Origin: Ginkgo biloba
Taxonomy: Eukaryota; Plantae; Ginkgophyta
Length of the DNA stretch: 21,504 nt
Direction of reading: 5' to 3'
Assembly: GCA_024626585.2 (NCBI GenBank)
Contig: JANKJI020000002.1
Location: forward strand, 244,271,087-244,292,590
Position numbers and translations under genes: made by a program. A model generated the notes under the pieces. That model had not been told where the DNA came from and did no database searches. It worked only from the letters and a program-made list of their open reading frames with translations. Below are positions 10,251 through 21,504 of the stretch, piece after piece; the first letter of the stretch is position 1, and every line of letters begins with the position of its first letter.

Positions 10251-11254
10251 NNNNNNNNNNNNNNNNNNNNNNNNNNNNNNNNNNNNNNNNNNNNNNNNNN
10301 NNNNNNNNNNNNNNNNNNNNNTCTTAATATTATTTTTCTTATGTTTAGTATTCTTCTCTTATCATCTCTCTTCTTTATTTTATTTCTTCCATATCATACT
10401 TTTCATAGGTTTGGTTCCCTTAGTGAAGTTTAACTAATGTTTTAGAGATGCATGTTTTCAGTCTTTCCATTTGAATTCATGGTAATGTGAATGTTTATAT
10501 TCCCCTACTCACTTGTATCTTGGTCCTTATTTTATAATAGTTGAGTTAATACTGTGAAGATTTCATACTTATTTCTCATTCATTCTTAATTCTTGCTTTA
10601 AACGATGGCATTCTATCTTATAATCATCTTGTGGCATTTTTCTTTTGATATACTCTTGATGTGACATGTATCCTTGGTATATTTATTAATTAAGGCCTTA
10701 TTAATGTAGAAAATCCATCAATGGTCATCAATGATCTTCTCTTTTTCCATTGTCTTCTTCTTATTCAAGTGGTTCATCTTTGGCTTCTTTCTCATCTCCT
10801 TATACTCTCTTATATTCTTTATGTTCTTTTCTCCTTGTATAACCTTTTATTTACCTTCTTCTTATTATTATGATTTTTCTTCTTCTTTTTCTTCTACTTT
10901 TTCTCTTTCTCTACGAATGCCTTTTTTATTATTATTCTTATTATATAGTGTGAATTTCCAAGTATTTAATCATATGACTTCCTTATATCCTTCTCAAAGT
11001 TTCTCGAATAATTCTATCATTATTATTAATTAATCTTGATCCAAATATCCATAATTTGACATTGTTAAACTTTGTTCTCATAAGACTAAATTAAAAAGAT
11101 GATCTTTTAGAAGTTGGAATTCTTACAAAGTTAGTATCTAGTCAAATTTGGAGTTATTTATATAAAATTTGATTAACAGAATTCGACCATTTAAATAGGT
11201 AAAAATATCTTGAAAGTGTTTGTAGATACTCCTAGAAATATATCTATTGGGTGT

Positions 11255-13262
11255 TTTATCTCATAAACTACATATATGGTTATGAATAATTGTGATAATT
11301 ATGTACAGATAAATGATGGCCTATGTTTATGAGGGTAATAATAAATAACACTCTAGAAAGATGTGTTAAGTTCTATATAAAGGTAGGTTAAGGTTCAATA
11401 TAAGAGGCCCATTTATATAAGGGTGGTCAAGCCTAATTTATAATCATTAATGTGACTTTAGAAAATTTAATCTTTTTTATTATNNNNNNNNNNNNNNNNN
11501 NNNNNNNNNNNNNNNNNNNNNNNNNNNNNNNNNNNNNNNNNNNNNNNGATTTCCTATCTTAAAGGGGTGGATACATTATTGTATGGTAAATGATTAATGT
11601 TTATAATGTTGTAACACAAGGAATTATATTATTTTATGTTTAATTTGAGTAGTGAAATCCTAAAGAAACACTATGAGTTTGGAGGTAAGTTCTAATTCAT
11701 ATGGAGATTGAACTTAAATCTATTAGTTTTGTGACCTTAGATGTCAAAATTCCTTTATTTGATCATATTCTAAAGTATGAGATCAATGTATAAAATTAAA
11801 TTAAAACAATGTTCTATTTTGAACATGGAAATTCCTTGAAGGTACATTTAAATTTGACTTGAAAAGTAGTTTCTTTAAAGTTATTTTAGAAGGATATTTT
11901 TTAAAGGGAAAGATTTAATAATGAATTTGGTATATATTGTGAGATATTTTTTAATATCCTAAAAGTACACATTAATGACTATAAATAAAATAAAAAAATT
12001 AAGTCAATATGGGTCTTGTATGCCCTTGAAAATTGTAACAAAACATCATATAGGGTTTGAGTCCATGTTAAAAGTTATTTAGAATTGTAATATTTATAAC
12101 ATTAAACTCATTAATATTTTAAAATAATTTTATAGGTTTAGAATTTTTTCCTATCTAAAATTCATATAATGAGCATTNNNNNNNNNNNNNNNNNNNNNNN
12201 NNNNNNNNNNNNNNNNNNNNNNNNNNNNNNNNNNNNNNNNNNNNNNNNNNNNNNNNNNNNNNNNNNNNNNNNNNNNNNNNNNNNNNNNNNNNNNNNNNNN
12301 NNNNNNNNNNNNNNNNNNNNNNNNNNNNNNNNNNNNNNNNNNNNNNNNNNNNNNNNNNNNNNNNNNNNNNNNNNNNNNNNNNNNNNNNNNNNNNNNNNNN
12401 NNNNNNNNNNNNNNNNNNNNNNNNNNNNNNNNNNNNNNNNNNNNNNNNNNNNNNNNNNNNNNNNNNNNNNNNNNNNNNNNNNNNNNNNNNNNNNNNNNNN
12501 NNNNNNNNNNNNNNNNNNNNNNNNNNNNNNNNNNNNNNNNNNNNNNNNNNNNNNNNNNNNNNNNNNNNNNNNNNNNNNNNNNNNNNNNNNNNNNNNNNNN
12601 NNNNNNNNNNNNNNNNNNNNNNNNNNNNNNNNNNNNNNNNNNNNNNNNNNNNNNNNNNNNNNNNNNNNNNNNNNNNNNNAAATAATTTATAGAAAATTTT
12701 CTCATTTTAACTATTATAAGTCTCTTTGTGAACCTTTCTATTCAAGTATGTCCCTGAAGATATCCATAGTGACTATAACCTCATTTTCAGCCTCTAAGAT
12801 GTCTCTTTATTATTGCATGGTGTATGATTTATACATATGATATTGTGATTGATGGAAAAATAATATTTATAGATAATTTGAGCCTAAAACCCCTAGATAT
12901 TTACTAGAACTAATGTCAAATCCAAATTTTCATAATTATAGTCATTATAAAAGGTCNNNNNNNNNNNNNNNNNNNNNNNNNNNNNNNNNNNNNNNNNNNN
13001 NNNNNNNNNACAAAATACTCATTATAAAATATCCAAAATGACCAAGTTTTACATAAATATTCTAAATCCATTATTATGACTATAAATGAGGCTTGAGTTC
13101 CCTTATATATTTAAAATGGGGCACGTTAACATGCCTCTTAGTAGACTTGAAGAAATCTTTGTAAAGTGTTATTTATGTAACCTCACTTAGATGGTCCATT
13201 ACTTATCTCTACATAATTAATGCAATTATCCACAATCATATGTAGAGTTTGGGGCTATAATA
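11255..13262. repeat. Large inverted repeat (arms about 11255-11470 and 13050-13262), AT-rich foldback family
   Basis: Reverse complement of the left arm (taaattttctaaagtcacattaatgattataaattaggcttgaccacccttatata...agtgttatttat...catttatctgtacataattatcacaattattcataaccatat) aligns with the right arm (taaatattctaaatccattattatgactataaatgaggcttgagttcccttatata...agtgttatttat...acttatctctacataattaatgcaattatccacaatcatat). Confidence 0.7.
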
Positions 13263-15107
13263 GGTTCAAATTTTTAACTTCTCCTTTATAAGTCAAAGAT
13301 GATATCTTAATACAAAAATGAGGAAATATTGACTCATGAACCTAATATCTAAACTTCTCTTAATTTTATAACATTATGTGTAATTATTAGGTCAACTAGT
13401 TTCAATAATTTGGATTTATGACCAAAACTATCTTCCTTGAATGTGATAATATTTTAAATTATTATCATCATAAATAATAATATTTCTATATTTGGATTGG
13501 TGGATATTTGATAAATTCATCATCTTGTATAGTTTTATCTCTAATTATTATTCTAGTATATTAAATTCTTATTTGGCTTCATATTTTCCATTTATAAATT
13601 CAACTAAATAACTTTTCTTGAAGACCTTATAGTGGTCTTTTGTCTAGGTTTTTATTATAATCATAAGAATATTTCTTTTTCTTCCTTTTCTTCCTTTCTT
13701 ATCAAGTGTGGAATGGTTGTTTATTTTATTTTCTTAAGTCATATTATCTATTATTTAATGGAAATTTCTTGAATGGTTGTATTATTTATAGGATGATGTA
13801 TATTTTATGTATGTCTTAGTCCCTCACATCTATTTATAAAGTTATTTCCATTGCTTTCTTGAGTTCTTAAGGATTTGAATTTATATATTATAGTGGACCC
13901 TTTTAAATATTTTTATATACTCTTATATATATTATTTGGGTTAGAATTGGAGAATATGGATAATTATTAAATTTAATTTTATAGTACTAGAAAGTTAATA
14001 ATCTTAACAAAAACCACAACAATGGTCTTAAAAGAAAATCATTTGTGTTTGACTTCTAGGTCTAATACCAAAACTACCAATGGTATCTAAGGGTTAGAAC
14101 CACATTGGGATGAAGAGAGAGAAGGGGGGGAGGGTGAGGCTGGGGATAACACTCTTAGTGGGGTCTAAGATTCATATCTTAGGTTACCATATGACTAATT
14201 TTCATTGTAAATAATTTTTATCTCTATGAATGAAAATGCATGTCATAGTAAATTATCAAAGTTTCATAGAATTATAAAATGATAATGAGTCATGATATTT
14301 ACAANNNNNNNNNNNNNNNNNNNNNNNNNNNNNNNNNNNNNNNNNATGAAATTTAGGCAATTTTCCCACCACTATGATGCAAGCCAAGTTTTGGATCTTA
14401 ATTGATTTTGAATATTTGCATAATAAGGTTTTAGACTCCATTAAAAAAATGGGAGATGAATAATTCATTCGAACTTGGAAAAAAATTAAATAATGGTTCT
14501 ACATTGTTGAGTCATGTAACTTTGTCAAAATAATAAATGTGAGTGAAAATAATAAAAGGATTTGACAAAGTGCAGGGCTAGATAAATTTATTAATATGAT
14601 ATGGACCTTTTCAAACTACAAAGTGCTTCAATAAGATGAAANNNNNNNNNNNNNNNNNNNNNNNNNNNNNNNNNNNNNNNNNNNNNNNNNNNNNNNNNNN
14701 NNNNNNNNNNNNNNNNNNNNNNNNNNNNNNNNNNNNNNNNNGAAGATAGAATCTAACTACTACACAGAGTCACCAAGACATGTCACTACATACGATGATA
14801 AATTAAAATGCAGTCCCAATACAATCAAGCACATTCCCAATATAAAAGCATTTGGGTGGTGAGATACCATACACAAACAGTAAAATGTTAGAAAAAGATT
14901 GAATTAATGTACAATATTTACATGATAAGTTGCATTTTTATTTCATGTGATATGTATATAATCCAATGTTTATTAATTTAGATAGACATAATTTTGGAAT
15001 AGAGTATTGGATGCATTTGAAGGACGTTTATGGTCAGATTCCAAGGATTAAAGTAAGGAATATGGTCAGAGTTGAAATTTTATGGCAAGTCATAGTTGGA
15101 TTTTTAT

Positions 15108-15122
15108 ACACACACACACACA
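15108..15122. repeat. Short (AC)n microsatellite
   Basis: acacacacacacaca. Confidence 0.8.
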
Positions 15123-15739
15123 TAATGTATACATATAAATATGTATACATAAATGCATACTTGTTTATCCTCAACATAGGATAATTTTTGTAGTAATTCT
15201 TTGCCATAGATTTGTACTAGAGTATGTGTGTGTTGGAAGCATACATCTATCTATCTATAAAATTTATTAGATAATTTTTTTAATTATGTCACTGAAGTAG
15301 GTTATAAATTTAATAAATAATTGGTCAAATCTTATTGCATAAAGTCAGATTTTGTCACTAATGATTAAGCAGTATATATAAGCATAAATTACATTTTAAT
15401 AAATTCCAATTCATACAATACAAAATCTTTTGTTATTTTTGGATCTATTCAACATTCATTTACTCACGGTTTCTACATTTGTTTGTTCAACATTTAATAT
15501 TCAGGGATATCTATAATTTAATTATAATGTTTAAAGTTGGGCATTTACTGTTCCCAAATATCCATTGTTCATTTGCAGTGTTAAGCTTTCATGTATTTTA
15601 CAAATATCCATTGATTATGGTTCTTAATTTAGATTAAACATCTATATCCAAGTATTCAACTCGCTTTCCATTGCCTGACCTATTCAATACTAACAACTAC
15701 TATAGGCACTTAATATTTCATATTAATAATATGTGGATG

Positions 15740-15871
15740 CACTTTAATAGTGTTTAGGCACTATTGAAGTGATATCGGGCACATAATGATACCCGAGATC
15801 TATTAACAGAATAGTTCCCAGAAATTGATCACGACACCTCACTATTAATGGTTCCTAAACATTGTTATGTG
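15740..15871. repeat. Small degenerate inverted-repeat element (MITE-like)
   Basis: taatagtgtttaggcactattgaagtga (from 15745) versus the reverse complement of the right end, taacaatgtttaggaaccattaatagtga (ending 15867). Abuts a gap. Confidence 0.5.
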
Positions 15872-17269
15872 NNNNNNNNNNNNNNNNNNNNNNNNNNNNN
15901 NNNNNNNNNNNNNNNNNNNNNNNNNNNNNNNNNNNNNNNNNNNNNNNNNNNNNNNNNNNNNNNNNNNNNNNNNNNNNNNNNNNNNNNNNNNNNNNNNNNN
16001 NNNNNNNNNNNNNNNNNNNNNNNNNNNNNNNNNNNNNNNNNNNNNNNNNNNNNNNNNNNNNNNNNNNNNNNNNNNNNNNNNNNNNNNNNNNNNNNNNNNN
16101 NNNNNNNNNNNNNNNNNNNNNNNNNNNNNNNNNNNNNNNNNNNNNNNNNNNNNNNNNNNNNNNNNNNNNNNNNNNNNNNNNNNNNNNNNNNNNNNNNNNN
16201 NNNNNNNNNNNNNNNNNNNNNNNNNNNNNNNNNNNNNNNNNNNNNNNNNNNNNNNNNNNNNNNNNNNNNNNNNNNNNNNNNNNNNNNNNNNNNNNNNNNN
16301 NNNNNNNNNNNNNNNNNNNNNNNNNNNNNNNNNNNNNNNNNNNNNNNNNNNNNNNNNNNNNNNNNNNNNNNNNNNNNNNNNNNNNNNNNNNNNNNNNNNN
16401 NNNNNNNNNNNNNNNNNNNNNNNNNNNNNNNNNNNNNNNNNNNNNNNNNNNNNNNNNNNNNNNNNNNNNNNNNNNNNNNNNNNNNNNNNNNNNNNNNNNN
16501 NNNNNNNNNNTGTATATCCATTAACGCCTAAGATTCAATTTGGATGTACACTTCTTAATTTTTAGATAGATGGAATAAACTTTTAAATTTATCTCTAACA
16601 TATCTGATGTTGGTTCATAAGTTTAGTGATTAACAAAAAATTGTAAGCTATATAAAATTCAAATTTAAAAATACTTTTCATATGTCATACAATAAAAAAA
16701 AGATCATAAGCTACTACGTTTGTAAGAGAAAATTCACACAACCAAATTCTATTGAATAATTTTATAGGTTTGATTTATTTTTCACAGGGTGATATCTATT
16801 GTATTACCTCAATATATGTTGTACTAATAAAAAAAATTAGCATTAGGTAATGGCACCTATAATCCTATTATAAAATTAGGAAAGTGTAGCCTACGAGGCA
16901 CCATCTATGCCTCCCAAGCTATTGTGATGCTGGGAAAGTGACATTTACAAAACTTTCCCAATGCCTTAATAGCTCATAAAGGTATGGTTGCACCCTCATC
17001 CAAATCTCCTGTGGTTTCCTCCTCTCTCAATCTTGCCAACACTTTGCTTATTAAAAGGAAGGATTAGATTTCTTATCTGAAGGTTAGTTCCATTAATGCT
17101 AAAAATGACCTAGAACTGTGAAGCCAAAATGCCCTAATCTATAAATTTTCTAACATTTGACCAGTCCCCAAGGCTCTCAGATCCTTGGTTGACTCCAACT
17201 AGTCTTGTCATATACAAGGAAAAATCAATCTCTCCAACTAGTCTTCTCATATATAAGGTTGTAAATTAT

Positions 17270-18016
17270 ATATGGAAAGATAGTAACTAGGAAAAGATAG
17301 ATGTGATAGGCCAATCAAGTGGCATTTTGTTGATGTGGTCAAAGTAATCAATATAGCCTATTGAACTCAAAATAGGAAGGAGTTGGATCAAACTCAAGTT
17401 TCAAAACTTGATATATGCCAAGGAATACATCTTATATAATGTATAGTGACCTAACACAATATCAACTAAATTTGAATGTTGGAGTAACATATGGGAGGAC
17501 ATTCAACTAACAAGAAATTAAAACATAATCCTTTATGGATATTTCAACTAGATTCTTAAGCCTTAAGACAAGAGAGGAGGAAGATTTTCACCAGACCTAG
17601 TAAGAGATTACATCAAGGAGGGTATACATGAATTTAACTTGATAGACATACATCCCAAGTTAGGGTGGTTTACTTAGTGCAACATAAGAGTTGGTAAAGA
17701 TTCCATATCTGAGAGACTTGATAGATTCCTAGTTGATTCAACTCTCCTCAATGATCAAATGAACATGGAGGTAAATGTCCTACACTAATATCAATCTGAT
17801 CATTGGCCAATCTCTCTCCAAATTGATTCCACTATGATTCTAGCTAATATCCCATTTAATTTCAATCCTATATGGTGTGATCAACCAAATTTTTATGATA
17901 ACATCTCAACATGGTGGCAAGAAGGAACCCCTTTGTATGGAACAACAATGTACCAATTCCATAAAAAAATTTAATGGGTCAAACAAAAATTGAAACTTTG
18001 CGCTAAAGATCTAGAA
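17270..18016 (+). pseudogene. L1-clade LINE ORF2 N-terminal apurinic endonuclease (APE/EEP) remnant
   Basis: GQSSGILLMW, ILYNV**P, IILYGYFN (GDFN), DKRGG, NLIDI...GWFT*CN, SERLDRFLV, SDHWPISL, PFNFNPIW, WW, QKLKL. This is the canonical plant L1 endonuclease motif series, with stops, cut off at a gap. Confidence 0.93.
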
Positions 18017-18124
18017 NNNNNNNNNNNNNNNNNNNNNNNNNNNNNNNNNNNNNNNNNNNNNNNNNNNNNNNNNNNNNNNNNNNNNNNNNNNNNNNNNNNN
18101 NNNNNNNNNNNNNNNNCGTATGGT

Positions 18125-18237
18125 CTATGCGGCCAACAATTTATAGCAGGTGGCACTGTGCAATTGGCTCAATGTTCCCTTAAAGGTCCAAGAGCCAATT
18201 TCACAGTGCCACTTACTGGAAGTTGTTGGCCACATAG
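18125..18237. ncRNA. Long hairpin; candidate MIRNA-like precursor (family not recognised)
   Basis: Arms 18125-18170 and 18192-18237 pair without gaps at 39/46 Watson-Crick positions (plus 3 G-U on the + strand), with a 21-nt loop. The structure is directly visible; its function is unproven. Confidence 0.4.
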
Positions 18238-18394
18238 CTTTCTCCTTCTCCAAACTTATTCGATGCATCAAATGTTCTTGTGGCATCTCTCAAGATATTT
18301 ATTGTAGTCGAAATCCATTGGCCCATGGAGTTTGGTTGCACCATAACCAAACTAAAACCCCCTAAAAGTCTTTAAAACGAGTGTAGAAAAATGT

Positions 18395-18742
18395 ATATGA
18401 AAAGGGTTTCTGATAAGATTGCAATTGTAACCTTTTTTGTGATAAAATTAACATCCATTTTTTCACCCTTTTAGAAACCATTTATTATGAGCAATTTAAT
18501 TTGGAAGTTAATTTTTCTAGTTTAGCTCAAATTTAAAAAGTAGTCAAACTTTGTTGAAAAGGTGGCAAAAAGGGTTACTATTCAGGCCACAAAAAGGTCA
18601 TTGTTAGGGTAAAAAAAAATCAACCAAGGACGTAAAAGGGATGCTTAAAATTACTCCAAAATATGGCAAAAGGGTCACTTAGGTCATAAATAGCAACCCT
18701 TTATGCCACCTTAGTCACTATTTGCAACCTTTTGGCTTTTGG
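18395..18742. repeat. Array of short direct and inverted repeats resembling CACTA subterminal repeats
   Basis: aggtggcaaaaagggttactatt (18560-18582) is inverted to aatagcaaccctttatgccacct (18689-18711) at 21/23. Further variants include aaaagggtcact, aaaaaggtcatt, gtaacctttttt and gcaacctttt. No CACTA terminus is seen. Confidence 0.55.
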
Positions 18743-21204
18743 NNNNNNNNNNNNNNNNNNNNNNNNNNNNNNNNNNNNNNNNNNNNNNNNNNNNNNNTTT
18801 ATTACATTTCAAAGAGTTAGGTGTTAAGGCCTCAACTATAATTGATAATGGGAAGGGTGAGATAGCCTTAGGATCTCCCTTAAATGATATAACTTATCCA
18901 ACCAACATGACTAGATTCACCATCTCCATCAGGAATCATAAGTTTTTACTTTTAAATCCTATAAATATATATAATATTATAAAATCATGCCATCAATTAT
19001 CCATGANNNNNNNNNNNNNNNNNNNNNNNNNNNNNNNNNNNNNNNNNNNNNNTAATTCCCTCTTTTTACTCTCTATAGTAGTCACTACTCTAACAATCTC
19101 CACCTATTTTCCTAAATCATAATTAGATGCTTTGAGAACACAGACTCATATAAGAAAAAAAAAGGTTGACATGTCCATTACTCCATGCTCAATCTTCATT
19201 TTATCTATCCCAACATGCATGATAAAGGTAAAGGATAATTATTGCTTAATTTATCCATCTATATACTAGCTTCTTGAGTCATCTTTATTAAAATAATTGA
19301 GTCTACTACCATCTCANNNNNNNNNNNNNNNNNNNNNNNNATCTACTAAGAAAATAATCTTGGCATTTAATAATTATATGGAGGACCTCATGTTGGTGAT
19401 TTTCTCACATGAGTTTTCCAAGGTATCTTCTAAATCATCCCTCATTTTTTGTGCATCCTTTAGCCTAAGCACTAATGTATTGATCAGGTCCTTTGCTAGT
19501 TTACTTCATCCTTATAAAACTTGTAAAGGTCTTTCTCAATTAATCACCTATTATTGTATCCATTCCCTCACAAAATGAAGACATTGTTAAAANNNNNNNN
19601 NNNNNNNNNNNNNNNNNNNNNNNNNNNNNNNNNNNNNNNNNNNNNNNNNNNNNNNNNNNNNNNNNNNNNNNNNNNNNNNNNNNNNNNNNNNNNGAGCTCC
19701 AATCTTCTCTTTAACTCAAACACTTCTTTCTAATGTAGATTCTCTTGAGTTGAGACACTCATCATTAGCTTTGTCACTCTTTAAGTGAGTACTTTTAATG
19801 ATCCCACTATCAGTTCTCTAATCATCTTAATTGATATCAATGCCTCAATAGTTTTTAAGGTTTGTACTTCTCTTTATTTGATCTTTATCAAGGGTTCGAT
19901 TTGGTTAGTTGTGACCCTAGTTAAATCAACCCCTAATTATGAATCCCTAGCTTGAAAACTCACTAACCACTTATCTTAATCTAGGACTTGAATAGATAAT
20001 GGGTTAATATCATAAATGACCTAAATTAAGATCTAATAGTTATTAATTTTTCCCCTACTAAAAAAGTAGGGATGAATTAACAACCACTGTTATGTCGATC
20101 TATGATCCTAAGGTTTGTCTACATCATAACAATGCTATATGTTATTACTAGAAGAAAATATTTTGGTAGGATAGTTATTTCAAGAGGATCCATTGTGGCC
20201 TTCTAANNNNNNNNNNNNNNNNNNNNNNNNNNNNNNNNNNNNNNNNNNNNNNNNNNNNNNNNNNNNNNNNNNNNNNNNNNNNNNNNNNNNNNNNNNNNNN
20301 NNNNNNCTCCACTTTTGATCTTGGGTGTTTATTATTCACTAAAACTATTTTAATCTTAAACTTCAACTCTCTTGTAAATAATAACATTAAGTATTAATCT
20401 ATGGCCATATAGAAAATAGTTATTATAGCATTATCGTGGGTTCTAAGAGAGGTTGTGCTAAGAAAAAAGATAGAAAAAGGTCAATCGTATTAGAAGAGCG
20501 AGAAACTACAAGGAAAGAAAAAAATATAGAATATGCAAGAAAGTATACAGAGAGAAAGAGGGTAATATAAATGTAGAAGAGGTAGTCATACACTCATCAA
20601 TTCAATAGGTAGATTAATTAGATATTGATTTAAGAGAAGTGCACAATCATTAATGATCAAAATCCAACATTATAGATAGGTGTCTGAAGGCTTGGTGTGC
20701 CTACCAAGGTCCTCAAGTTTTACACTACAACATTCATCCCAATCTCTATTATAGTCGATTCAATACTTTATTTGGATGTTGATAAGAGAGTAGAGTTAGA
20801 CACAATGAATACACATGATGTTCTAATCAAGGTCAAATCTAATAAAGAAGAATCATTACCAACTTCAATCTTCATAGTGGAAGGAGATGATAAATTTCAT
20901 AAAGAATCCACCATATAAGGTNNNNNNNNNNNNNNNNNNNNNNNNNNNNNNNNNNNNTCAAATGATAACAATGGTAATTTGGTGTGAATAGTGAGCCGAT
21001 TAAGCACCACATAATTGAATGGATAGAAAAATAGTTTGTGAGGTAATAAAGGATTTATATACAAATAAATGCATTTTAAAATATTAAAACTTACATATTT
21101 AGAAAGTAGATATTGAGACATTTTCGTCAATATCTTATTTTCAAAAAATAGCGTCCATATACGAAACTTATGGCCTTGAAAAGTTGACCTATAAAACTAC
21201 CAAA

Positions 21205-21504
21205 AATGCATTTTCGCAAGTAAATGTAAAGTTCACAAGAAGATGCAAAATCCATAAGATCATGTAAAGCTAGGGAGAAAATGCAAAGTGTCACAAGATC
21301 ATTTATAGCCATGTGAAAAGGCAAAAGTCGCAAAGTCACTAGAAGATGTAACATCCGCGAGATCACACAAAGTTTACGAGAAGATGCAAGGTTCGCAAGA
21401 TCATGTAAAGTTCATGGGAAAATGCAAAGTTCATGAGAATGCACAAATTTTTACTAGAAATTATGATCATGAGAAACTATCGTCACGAGAAACTACAAAG
21501 TTTC
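21205..21504 (+). repeat. Degenerate minisatellite of about 19-21 bp (AAGTTCRYGAGA[AG/TC]ATGYA), probably within an LTR
   Basis: Units include aagttcacaagaagatgca, aaatccataagatcatgta, aagtttacgagaagatgca, aggttcgcaagatcatgta and aagttcatgggaaaatgca. The array runs to the window end. Confidence 0.75.

Noticed and set aside
10731-11033. 100-aa F/S/L-rich ORF resembling a membrane protein
   Set aside because: It is the translation of a low-complexity pyrimidine-rich tract with no recognisable motif.
14059-14150. PBS-like ggtctaatacca / tggtatct and the purine tract gaagagagagaagggggggaggg
   Set aside because: No adjacent LTR terminus or coding remnant supports a PBS or PPT call.
14346-14641. 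Frame with few stops (…QSAGLDKFINMIW…)
   Set aside because: Four stops in about 97 codons, no recognisable domain, and flanked by gaps; not distinguishable from chance.
12151-16565. Long ORFs of 184-232 aa in the ORF track
   Set aside because: They consist almost entirely of X from N runs and are artefacts of assembly gaps.
16770-16860. Splice-acceptor-like tttatttttcacag/G
   Set aside because: No credible exon frame or other gene evidence nearby; such motifs are common in AT-rich DNA.
17990-18365. ORFs overlapping the long hairpin
   Set aside because: One spans a gap, neither has a recognisable domain, and the inverted symmetry explains the region better.
21205-21504. CRISPR-like appearance of the short repeats (also 435-699 and 8173-8320)
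   Set aside because: The repeats are degenerate with no regular unique spacers, there are no cas genes, and the context is eukaryotic TE sequence.

Overview
AT-rich, strongly CpG-depleted eukaryotic DNA from a gappy draft assembly, with many runs of N and several of exactly 100 N (probably unsized gaps). It is almost certainly a large plant genome; a gymnosperm-like source is my inference only. I can support no intact host gene. The window is mostly decayed transposons: (i) a CRM-type Ty3/gypsy chromovirus on + (LTR 1239-2001, PBS, gag, protease, RT, start of RNase H); (ii) a second CRM-type element on - (gag, PBS, LTR end) converging on the first across a 100-N gap; (iii) a short LTR-PBS-LTR unit at 9444-10250 that shares its PBS and leader with element ii; (iv) a family of AT-rich foldback repeats (8520-8927, about 11255-13262); (v) an L1 LINE endonuclease remnant (17270-18016); (vi) CACTA-like subterminal repeats and a minisatellite of about 20 bp. 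The most notable signals these labels do not explain are a clean 46-bp-stem hairpin at 18125-18237 (MIRNA-precursor-like) and an array of repeated PBS/LTR-end junctions at 6284-6470. Most ORFs in the supplied track are artefacts of N runs or antisense frames of TE remnants. All alignments and translations were done by eye.
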